Source: Prorocentrum cordatum (Eukaryota). From it: a DNA stretch of 64,000 nucleotides. The stretch is taken from positions 1-64,000 of the forward strand of contig CAUYUJ010000323.1 in the NCBI GenBank assembly GCA_963575745.1, in the 5' to 3' direction. Both the position numbers and the translations under genes were made by a program. Of the stretch, positions 26,976 to 37,879 are shown in pieces. The number at the start of each line of letters is the position of its first letter. Position 1 is the first letter of the stretch. The notes under the pieces were generated by a model, which worked only from the letters and a program-made list of their open reading frames with translations, was not told the DNA's origin and made no database searches.

Positions 26976-27270
26976 CTGAATCGTGCCAGAGCGCCATTCC
27001 TGGGACTTGAGCGCCGTGAATCAACATAACTTGTGCACCCTCAGAAGTTTGAATCCGTCCAAAACACAATTTCTGGCACGTTGATTCTGGGAAATCCGCG
27101 GAATTCTCATCACTCGTCAACGCGAAAGTGCGCGGCGCAAAGTTTCGCGATCTTTCTGCGATTTTGAGCGACAGACAGGGTTCGCGCGCCCCTTTTCGAT
27201 CACGCCCTGGAAGAGACATTGGAACCCTCAGGGCCATTGACCGCGCAGCTTGTGACCAGGGGGCAGTCCG

Positions 27271-28614
27271 GTGGGAGCTAAAGCTTTGGCTACACGTGGA
27301 GCGGCGCCCTTCAGGGCAGCAGCGCCTAACCCACCGGGCGCCGCGAGTGCGCTGGGCTCTGTCGAGCCTCCGAGAGCGGATGCGCCGAAGAGAGATTGGA
27401 GCCCCATTGACAAAAGCGACCAATCTCGCGCAAGGGAGGGGAAGGAGCCGAGCTCACCCATACAAGTGGCAGACGAAACGCCCGAGTGCGAAGGCGATGC
27501 AACGAGGGCGGGAAGCAAAGGCTCGAGGTCGGACTCGCCGCCCCCAGGCCGCCGCCCAGGCCCCGTTCGCCACGCCGCTCACCATGCCCAGCGGGACGTC
27601 GCGCGCCAGCGAGATTGCCTGCCCTGACTTCTCTGCGATCCCCCAGGGGCACCTCGCTGAGACAAGGGGCGACTTGGCGATGCTCCCCGACCACCCTGGC
27701 TGCAGTCCTAATTACCGGCTGCCGCGAAAGGGGACTCTTAATCGAGCGGCGGCGATTAGAGAGTGGCGGGGCAAACGCATCAGGGGGCGGGGCGATCACG
27801 AAGCACGCGCGCTGGAGGACCCATTGGGTAAAACCGCCGCGAAGAGCGCGCCAGCTACCAGAACGCATTCGAGAAGCTGCGCGGCAGCGTTTATTGCGCG
27901 CGGCCCCACTCCCACCTCGAAGGCCCACGGGAATGGCGCAACGCATTGACGGATCACCGCAGGAAGGAGCATGATGACGGGGCACGGTTGGCGACGGCCA
28001 TCCAGCACTGCTTCCCCGATGACAGGGAGGGCTGCCCTGGGCCCAGAGTATCTAACCAGATCCTTCGCCCAGCGCGCGATTGAACAATTGGTGACGTTAC
28101 CCAGGTGTACATCAACAGCATGCCCGAGCTCCAGAAACAATATGCACTAATATAAACACAATTCGGTCCGGCATCCTTTGGCCAGGAAGTGCCGCCATGT
28201 TGGCTGCCTAAATTTATCCACAGCGATTCTATCGCTCACGTTCAAGGAGCCATTCCAACGGACGTGGCGGCAGTTCGGTTTCTAACCCGTGAGCTGGCGC
28301 TGGAGTTCATCGCCATGGGTGATGACTTGCAGATGCGTTGCAATTTGTTCGATGCCACCGCCAGGATGCCGCGCGCTCGCGAGACCGAGATAGCGGACGC
28401 GCCCGCGCCAACGTGGCACCGCGCGAAGTTGATCGTGACCATGCGCAGGGACGACTCTTTCAGGCAGATGTATGACGGGAGGGATGATGACTGGATTCAT
28501 TGGTACCCGTTTAACCAGAGCGTCCGCTTAGATGACGAAATCGCCTGGAGACCTGGAACGATGACCGTTCGTGGAGCTTGGCTCCAAGGGTGGCACGTAC
28601 ACCCGGAAGCGTAA
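27271..28614 (+). pseudogene. Probable decayed gene of unknown function
   Basis: Non-repetitive, protein-like composition in one frame from about 27832 to 28614, broken by two stops; no recognised motif. Confidence 0.3.
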
Positions 28615-29219
28615 CCGCGAGGATCCGCGAGGAGGAGTTCACGCGCATGGACGCAGGCAAGGGCAACGGAAAGAGGAAAAGGCCAATGTCAACCTCTCCC
28701 AGGGCAGCGAGGACGTGATCGACAGCTAACCATTGGAAATGTATTTAACAGAGCTGGTGTGGCAATAGAAATCGTGCGGATATTGCGCCATTTGTCCTGG
28801 CCACCTTTTGTACACCGCTATGTCGTTTACGCCATGCATAACATTCAATGTAGTCCTTGTCGCCCGCGCTTTGCCTTGTGGACTAGGCGCCAGCTAACCA
28901 GCCTTTTGTCTACCCCCACGGAGGTTCGCTTTTTTTATGCTGTAGGATTTCTTCCCTGGTCGGGTTCCCTCCCCCAGCCTTCTCTCCTTTTCGCGTCCTC
29001 CCCTCCTGCTGTCCCTTCCTGCGGGTCCCGCCGACCCCCCCCCACTTCCCCACCGAAAATTTTGAGAATGTTGTTGCCGCGCGTGATGTTCGAACCGATC
29101 CGACGCTCGCTGGAGAGGAGGAGGAGGAGGAGGAGGAGGAGGAGGAGGAGGAGGAGGAGGAGGTGGAGGTGCAGCAGGAAAAAGAAGAGGTCAAGGCAAG
29201 GGAAGGGGAGAAGGAGGAG

Positions 29220-29780
29220 GACCAGCGTAAACCCAAGACTCATCAACGATGTTGGGATAGACCCTCTCTCCAAGCTTCATCATAGGCCCCTACACGGGTT
29301 CATTTCCATTGAGGGAAGTGCCCCATCTGGGCGCAATTGTTTGAGGATCCTGAAGCGTTCGAAAGCACCATTATCGGGACTTCAACACACGGATTCACCT
29401 GGCTGTTGCGTCTTGAAGATCTTGTATTGAGATTTGGGCACCGCGGCTCAACGTAACTGCTGCGCCTTGATAGCCCTGAATCGTTCCAAAGCACCGTTTC
29501 TGGTAAATTGGCCATGGGAACCCGTGCGACCCTTGCAATTTGTTTACGACTGCGCGCGGTGCTACGGCCAGAGCCACATTTTGAAAAGGAGCCGCCCAGA
29601 ATTCGTGAAGCTTTTCTGCATCTTTCACGCCGAGTGCGCGCGGTGCTGAGGCGATGGCCACGTCTTGAGAACGGCCCGCCCTCAATCCGCGAAACTCTTG
29701 CCGATGTTAAAGACGGATGCGTGCAGCGCTAAGGCGAAAGCCACATGTTGGAAGCGATCCGCCCTTCACCCGTGAAGCTG
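29220..29780 (-). repeat. Copy C of the ~200-bp repeat plus ~3 units of the 82-bp minisatellite
   Basis: Same order as 4228-5602, inverted: (GGA)n, repeat, then GAGCCACATTTTGAAAAGGAGCCGCCC units. Confidence 0.8.
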
Positions 29781-30548
29781 TTGCCCATTCGTGCGCTTCA
29801 GGATCAGAAGTAGTAAGGAAGTCCCAGGCGAAACGCCGAGGTTGAGGGCAGGGTAAGGCCGGGGATGCCCCAGAAGAACGAGAGGGACGACGAGAAGGAG
29901 GAGCATCAACAGGAGGAAAAGGTGGAGGAGGAGAAGGAGGAGGAGGAGGACACCTTGCTCCAGCCAACTGGGGCTGGACAGATTCAGCGCACTTGGCGCA
30001 CCTGGCGCACTTGGCGCACCTGGCGCACGTATGCATTGCGCACGTTTCGTCCACGCGCTCGGTTGTGGCAGTCGGCCGGCTTTGGCGCGGAAGGTGTGCG
30101 ACGACCGCGAACAGTTGATTCTGTGTTCGTTCACCTTTGTCGGAACTAGGTGCGAGGAGGAAAGGAGTAGGAGAATCATGGGGTCAGGTGGCCGTCCCAT
30201 GAATTCCTCGTCTCCGTCGGCGCCGTCCCCGTCCGGAGACCCTTCCTATGGGTTGGACCATGTAGTTACCTTCGACCCCTGACCTTGTGGACCCCCCCGT
30301 CGAGAGCACCACCGCTGTGAATCAATGCGCTTGAAGATATGCCACCCACCAGGTGCTGCACAGTTGACAACAAGAGAACATGTTCAACCCTGCTGCGTGC
30401 GGCTGCGCCGCCGCTCCCCGACTTTTTCCCCGCACGGAAGCACAGCAACACACGTGGTAGCACATGTTCCAGGATAATTTAGGCAAGTGTGCCGTTCACG
30501 ACTGTCGACGTTGCCGTCTTTGTCCACATGCACACATATGTAGACATA

Positions 30549-30620
30549 GGAAGAGAGAGAGAGAGAGGGAGAGAGAGAGAGAGACCAAAAACAAACAAAA
30601 AAACAGAGAGAGAGAAAGAA

Positions 30621-30651
<31 letters not shown>

Positions 30652-30690
30652 GAGAGAAATAATGAGAGAGAGAGAGAGAGATAGGGAACA
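30549..30690. repeat. (GA)n microsatellite
   Basis: Directly visible. Confidence 0.9.
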
Positions 30691-32776
30691 AAACAAAAGG
30701 GATGGAGGTGCACCATATTGCGCGTGGCCGCGCGCATGTGCTTAGCTGCTTTAACCCATTCACCCGGGCGGTTTTGGACACGACGGGGGGGCTAGGAAAC
30801 TCACGAACGACGTGAGCACGTATCAGTGATCGGCTGCATCACTGAGCATGTGGAGGTGGACAGCGATCAGGCCAGGCACTAGCGCGTGGCAACACACGGG
30901 AGCGCACACGTCATCATGAAGCGTGCGTGGTGCGATGTCAGCACGGATCAGTAATTAGCGCATGGCGTCAAAAACACCACCCGTGTCGAAAACTGCCGCC
31001 GCTACCGCGCCTGCCACGATGTCTCGTGGTGGTAGGATCCGAAGAAGAGCGACAATCAAGCCAATTGCCGCCAGCGCTGCGTCTCCCACAGGGGATCCTG
31101 GGTCCCGATTGCCAGTTGTTGCGAGCAGGAACAGCGTGGCCGCACCGCAGATAGAGTGGCCTACGACAGAAAGTGCTACTGAGGACGAGTCGTTTTTCAG
31201 GGGTGACCTTGCGTCCTTGCCTCTTCGGCCCGTCCTCGGCCGTTCGCTATGGCCAGCCTCTCAGGGATGCCCTCCGGACCGGCGGCGCCCTCGGACTGCG
31301 CGGCGCGACGCTTTGGCAAGGGCGGGGGTCGGCTGGGGTACCCTTGCGTCCTTGACGTTCCTACTGCGCGCCGCTCAACAAACTTCGACGCAGGCGTCCG
31401 ATGGTCTTGCGTCCTTACCCTTGGCATCGCTCGGACGTGTGCATTTTCTCTCGGCGAGGACCATCGAGGACCATCCTGGACCATCGAGCAAAAAAAACAC
31501 GCACGAAACCGAAAAATGCACGGGAAATGGACGTCCGAGCGACGCCAAGTGCCGCGCGTCATTCGTGCCAAGTCTGAGTGCACCCTGCACCGGGCAGAAG
31601 CTCAGCCCGATTCGCCCCGGCGCGGTGCTTCTCGGCCGCGGGGGCGTCGCCGTCGACGGGCCACGGGCCGCGGTGTCTCCCAAGAGCCGCGCGGCGGCGG
31701 CGCAGGCCGCGACGCCTAGCTCTGCGACGACCCGGAGCGTCGACGGAGAACTCGAGCCGCGCGGCTCTGTTCCGGGACTGGTGGACCGATGGGGGGAGGC
31801 ACACAGCCAAGGCGTCGAGATAAGGGCCACTTTGGCCCAGGGAAGGGCCCTGGTTTTCGGGCCGTTCCTCCGAATCGGGCTCGCTTTGCGTAGCCCGCCT
31901 AGCTTTTAACCGGAAGAGGCTCGCTCTCGACCCGCAGACCAAAAAATTGCATCGGGCTCGCGGAAACTGCTCGTAGCCGAGGCTCGCCATGGCCACAAAA
32001 AGCCTCGTCGTTCCTGACTCAACGCCCCTTTATGGTGCCACGATGACCGGCACGAGGAGGCGCAGGGGGCCCCTGGCGATCGTTTCCCACGCCCGCCCAT
32101 GCACACCCCATCGTCGTCGCTGTCGTCCTTCTCGTCCGGCTCGACGCCTCCACGCCTCAGCTCGGAGACGAAATTTTGTCGCCGCGGACCCGGGGATGCC
32201 AACCCATCGGTTTTCCCTCGCCTCTTCTCTTCCTCATCCCCCTTCCTCCTCCTCCTCCTCCTCCTCCTCCTCCTGCTCCTCCTCCTGCTCCTGCTCCTGC
32301 TCCTGCTCCTCCTCCTCCTCCTGCTCCTCCTCCTCCTCCTCCTCCTCCTCCTCCTCCTCCTCCTCCTCCTCCTCCCGGGTGGCCGCAAGGAGGTTCGCAG
32401 CCACACCAACCAGCCAGGGGTGCACACGATTCCGCCCGCCACCGGCAGCCCCCGTTGCCCTGGCGCTCCCGGCAGGTTCCGCACTTCGCAGGCCTTCCTC
32501 CAGTGCGCGGGTTCGCCCGTGGCTCACTGATTCGCGCTCCCGGGCCCCTCCTGGGTCTCCTTCGGGCCATCTTGGGGCCGTCTTGAGATTCCAGGAGCCC
32601 TTCGGAAGCGAAAAGGCGAGCAGGCAAACGACATTGAAAGCGACGCGTCGCGTGCGTGAAGGTTTTTGGCCTCTTGAGGGCCTCCTCGGGAGGGTCCATG
32701 GCCGTTTCGAGCCGTCTTGGGGCGTTTCGGGAGCCTACTGGAAGCATGTCGGAGGTCATTTTGAACTATCTTGGGC

Positions 32777-35700
32777 TACAACCCCCTGGAATAAAAAGTC
32801 CGGACCGCAGAGGTCGGGGAATGAGCCTTGATGTTCGGCCCCCGTTAGGCCACGGGGCCCCGGTACAATGTTGCAGGGGCCGCCACGGTGAAATTTCCAG
32901 TCCATCCTCACCCCCTCTAATATTATAATCGCGAAATGGGGTGACGACCGGAAATCCGCATTCCGCCTAATACTTCCTCCCAGAAAATTTCTGGACGCTT
33001 TTCAGGCGACCGGAAATTCTCAGTGGCGACCGGAAATTGGCGATTTCGCTTGGGATTTCCTCGCAAATAAATTTCCGGTCCCAGTTAAGTTGCTTGGAAG
33101 TTGCGATTATGCATGGTATTTCTTGCCAGTCATGATTACCTCTCGGGGAACGACGATGCAAGGGGGCCTGCAGTGCCGATCCGGACTTTTTAATCCAGGG
33201 GATGGTAGGAAAAAATGTCCTCAAGCCAGCATGCGTCGTTCGAGTGAGACGTTTCCCCTGTCAGCGCTTGCGGATCATCATTCGTGAAAAAAGTGGAGTG
33301 GGGGTGGGGCGATCATATTGTTGTGAGATCGCGTCAAGTGGAATCACGTTTCGGCCGCGTCGCTCATACTGGCGTCGCTGCCCCAAAGAAAGCGCGCTTG
33401 CGCGCTTTCGAACCTGTGCGAGTTTGTACTTTTGCTTTCTTTTTTCCATTAGACACCCGCCGAGGGCGCGCGAAGACCCCCCCTGAGCGGTGGCGCTCTC
33501 GCGGTGGTCAATGTCCTCAAGCCAGCATGCGTCGTTCGAGTAAGACGTTTCCACTGTCAGCGCTTGCGGATCATCATTCGTGAAAAAAGTGGAGTGGGGG
33601 TGGGGCGATCATGCTGTTGTGAGATCGCGTCAAGTGGAATCACGTTTCGGCCGCGTCGCTCATACTGGCGTCGCTGCCCCAAAGAAAGCGCGCTTGCGCG
33701 CTTTCGCGCCTGTGCGATTTGTTACTTTTGCGTTCTTTTTCCCAGTAGACACCCGCCGAGGGCGCGCGAAGACCCCCCCTGAGCGGTGGCGCTCTCGCGG
33801 TGGGTTGGAAAAAATGTCCTCGAGCCAGCATGCGTCGTTCGAGTAAGACGTTTCCCCTGTCAGCGCTTGCGGATCATCATTCGTGAGAAAAGTGGAGTGG
33901 GGGTGGGGCGATCATGTTGTTGTGAGATCGCGTCAAGTGGAATCACGTTTCGGCCGCGTCGCTCATATTGGCGTCGCTGCCCCAAAGAAAGCGCGTTTGC
34001 GCGCTTTCGCACCTGTGCGAATTTTTACTTTTGCGCTCTTTTTTCCAGTAGACACCCGCCGAGGGCGCGCGAAGACCCCCCCTGAGCGGTGGCGCTCTCG
34101 CGGTGGGTTGGAAAAAATGTCCTCAAGCCAGCATGCGTCGTTCGAGTAAGACGTTTCCCCTGTCAGCGCTTGCGGATCATCATTCGTGAGAAAAGTGGAG
34201 TGGGGGTGGGGCGATCATGTTGTTGTGAGATCGCGTCAAGTGGAATCACGTTTCGGCCGCGTCGCTCATACTGGCGTCGCTGCCCCAAAGAAAGCGCGCT
34301 TGCGCGCTTTCGCACCTGTGCGATTTGTTACGTTTGCGTTCTTTTTTCCAGTAGACACCCGCCGAGGGCGCGCGAAGACCCCCCCTGAGCGGTGGCGCTC
34401 TCGCGGTGAGCGGTGGCGCTCTCGCGAAAAAATGTCCTCAAGCCAGCATGCGTCGTTCGAGTAAGACGTTTCCACTGTCAGCGCTTGCGGGTCATCATTC
34501 GTGAAAAAAAGTGGGGGGGGGCGGGGCGATCATGTTGTTGTGAGATCGCGTCAAGTGGAATCACGTTTCGGCCGCGGCGCTCATACTGGCGTCGCTGCCC
34601 CAAAGAAAGCGCGCTTGCGCGCTTTCGCACCTGTGCGATGTGTTACTTTTGCGTTCTTTTTTCCAGTAGACACCCGCCGAGGGCGCGCGAAGACCCCCCC
34701 TTAGCGGTGGCGCTCTCGCGGTGGTCAATGTCCTCAAGCCAGCATGCGTCGTTCGAGTAAGACGTTTCCCCTGTCAGCGCTTGCGGATCATCATTCGTGA
34801 AAAAAGTGGAGTGGGGGTGGGGCGATCATGTTGTTGTAAGATCGCGTCAAGTGGAATCACGTTTCGGCCTCGTCGCTCATACTGGCGTCGCTGCCCCAAA
34901 GAAAGCGCGCTCGCACCTGTGCGAATGTGTACTTTTGCGTTCTTTTTTCCAGTAGACACCCGCCGAGGGCGCGCGAAGACCCCCCTCTGAGCGGTGGCGC
35001 TCTCGCGGTGGGTTGGAAAAGATGTCCTGAAGCCAGCATGCGTCGTTCGAGTAAGACGTTTCCCCTGTCAGCGCTTGCGGATCATGATTTGTGAAAAAAG
35101 TGGAGTGGGGGTGGGGCGATCATGTTGTTGTGAGATCGCGTCAAGTGGAATCACGTTTCGGCCGCGTCGTTCATACTGGCGTCGCTGCCCCAAAGAAAGC
35201 GCGCTTGCGCGCTTTCGCACCTGTGCGATTTGTTACTTTTGCGTCCTTTTTTCCAGTAGACACCCGCCGAGGGCGCGCGAAGACCCCCCCTGAGCGGTGG
35301 CGCTCTCGCGGTGGGTTGGAAAAAATGTCCTCAAGCCAGCATGCGTCGTTCGAGTAAGACGTTTCCCCTGTCAGCGCTTGCGGGTCATCATTCGTGAAAA
35401 AAGTGGGGGGGGGGGGCGATCATGTTGTTGCGAGATCGCGTCAAGTGGAATCACGTTTCGGCCGCGTCGCTCATACTGGCGTCGCTGCCCCAAAGAAAGC
35501 GCGCTCGCACCTGTGCGAATTTTTACTTTTGCGTTTTTTCCAGTAGACACCCGCCGAGGGCGCGCGAAGACCCCTCCCAGAAAATTTCCGGACGCTTTTC
35601 AAGCGACCGGGAATTCTCAGTGGCGACCGGAAATTGGCGATTTCGATTGGGACTTCCTCGCAAATAAATTTCTGGTCCCAGTTAAGTTGCTTGGAAGTTG

Positions 35701-35804
35701 CGATTATGCTTGGTATTTCTTGCCAGTCATGATTACCTCTCGGGGAACGACGATGCAAGGGGGCCTGCAGTGCCGATCCGGACTTTTTAATCCAGGGGGT
35801 GGTA
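32777..35804. mobile_element. Non-autonomous TIR element (Tc1/mariner-like, TA-flanked) with duplicated right arm enclosing a satellite
   Basis: Left end TACAACCCCCTGGAATAAAAAGTCCGGA (32777-32804) vs right end TCCGGACTTTTTAATCCAGGGGGTGGTA (35777-35804), 26/28 inverted match including TA; 232-bp right arm present twice (32976-33207, 35573-35804). Confidence 0.8.
33208..35572 (+). repeat. ~300-bp tandem satellite, 8 near-identical units
   Basis: AATGTCCTCAAGCCAGCATGCGTCGTTCGAGT starts near 33214, 33510, 33813, 34116, 34431, 34727, 35022 and 35324. Confidence 0.97.
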
Positions 35805-36440
35805 CCATGTGCCATCTTGAAGGCAAAGCTGGACTATGCGAAGCCGTCTTGGGGCCATCTAAGGCCAGCAATGACTCTCTCACACACCTCGCGCCCCCTC
35901 CCTCCAGACCCAAGGGGGGGGACGAGGGGCCAGGGTGAACCCCGCCCCGAAAGGGAAGGAGGGGGGTTGGAAGAACGAGCTGGCGAAACCACTCACGCCC
36001 GAAAGGGTCGGTGGGATTTGCGATGGACGGCGGCCTCGGGAACTCGAGTGCGTCGCAGTTGTAGGGGGGGATCGCGGCCTCGAGAGCGCGGGCCTGCCTT
36101 TCTTGCGCGCTCCAGGGTCCCCCCAGAGCTGCAAAGCAACGTGGTTCGGGGGTGGTGCATCCATGGTTTTCCTTTTCCGCGAGGGGTCCTCGCGCGCGGC
36201 AGCAGCCTCTTGCGGGTGGAGCCAGCGGCCGGAAACTACACCGTCGGGCATTGGACCTGCTGCAGGTCGCAGGAGAGCCTCGGCCTCGTAGCCTGTTCGC
36301 TCCCATGATGGGGGAGCCCCACCTGCCGATCGCAAGGGGCGCCGGGGCGCCGCCCGCGCCTTTTGGCGGCTCTCCAGCGGCCTCCCGGCGTTGGCAGTCA
36401 CGCCCCGGGCCTTCCTCCCGGATGCGCTCGAGGCACCGTG

Positions 36441-36716
36441 CATCGACAAAATGTTGCACCACTTTAGGGGAAGGGCCACATGGGTTCTTGAGCACCCCGC
36501 CCCCCCCCCTCCCCCAATGTGATATTGGGAGCATACCATGAGGAGCCGCCAGGGGTTTCCCAGGCGATCGACAAAAGGTTGCACCACCGAGCTGTTTCGG
36601 CGACCCCCGGACCGTAGCCAATATCAGATGGGGGGTGGGGGGGATGAGATGGAAACGTCGATTTGGAAACGATGTCCGCTGTCTTGGGTACCAAGTGGTG
36701 CAACATTTTGCCGATG
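36441..36716. mobile_element. MITE with 24-bp TIRs
   Basis: CATCGACAAAATGTTGCACCACTT (36441-36464) vs AAGTGGTGCAACATTTTGCCGATG (36693-36716), 23/24; flanks TG and TA; internal TIR-like copy near 36567. Confidence 0.75.
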
Positions 36717-37879
36717 TAATTACAGTATGATGGCAGCTGCGATGGGTGTGAGGCTTATGATCGCCCTCACTGGCGAGGCCTATGATGGTCCTCACCAGGG
36801 GGCGGGGGGCGAGAGAGCAGGGATGTCGTTGGTGTCGAAGGTCATCTCGAATACGTCGGGCCCTGAAGTGGGAAACCCTGTCCAGAGGAAGCCTGAAAAG
36901 TAGGGCCCTGAAGTGGGATGGGCCACGGGGCGATTACGTCAACCTGTTTGCATAGGCCCAGGGGGCAACGTTTAGCTTCGGGGAGGGAGACGTCGACGCA
37001 CTCAGTTTGACTTCAGAGAAGGAGAGAGAGAAAGAGAGGCAGAGAGAGAAAGAGATGCAGAGAGAGAGAGAGAGCCTTAAGCGTTTCAGCCCCGAGCGGC
37101 TTGCGACCCAGAAGCACACATCGAGGCCCGAACCGAACGACTCCAGCAAAGCGAATGAGGCATCGCCAATTCGAATAGGGACGACATGTCACATCCATCT
37201 GTTTCAGAGACCACCTCCCTCCTTCCTCCTCCGTCCTGTCCTTTTCTGCGTCGTGCGTTGCTCTGTCCCTTCCGCCATGGTCGGGTCATGCCTGCGCATT
37301 ATCCCCTCATCCTCCCTTACCCCCGCGCTCCTTGGCCTGCGATGGCGCCCTTTGCTCGGTTTGGATCCCCTCCCCCAGTCTTCCCCGTCCTCCTGCCCCC
37401 TCCGCTCGTGGCAGTTTCCCCATCCCTGTCCTTGGCCCGATCGAGAACCAGAGGCAGGGGTCCTGGAAAGCCTGTCCGCGGCAGGGGGGAGGTGGGAGGG
37501 CGGAGGGGGGGGGTGGAGGAGGGGGGTGGAGGGGGGTGGAGGGGGGGCGCGAGAGGAGGGGGTTGGTGGGACGATGCCATGGGCGAGGCGCCGTGGTCTG
37601 ATTGCTGGCCTCTCTGCCCTGGGGACCTTGCCCAGGAATGCTTAAGAGAAGAAATTGGGAGGGGAGGGCCGGAAGGCCTGAGCGAACGAGACCTCGCCCC
37701 TCCACGGGGCCCTCCGCCTCGCGTCCTCTTCGCGGGCCGCTTGTTGACGCAGCCCTCGGCGTCGTCTCGCCTCCTCCCTTTGGGCGGCGATGCGCTCGAG
37801 CTGCGCGTGGATGAGCGAGGGGCGGGCAGGGGGCGGCGGCGGCGGCGGGGGAGAGGCGGGGGAGGGAGGGAAGTCCAGA

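Noticed and set aside
30927..32100. Overlapping 100-315-aa ORFs, and similar ones at 35.7-36.8 kb and 62.6-63.4 kb
   Set aside because: Open on both strands because of high GC; Arg/Pro/Ala-rich with no motifs.
33208..35572. CRISPR array, or tandem small genes/SL-RNA/5S cluster
   Set aside because: Whole units are near-identical with no unique spacers; no SL or 5S sequence is recognisable; the per-unit ORFs are broken by indels in several copies.
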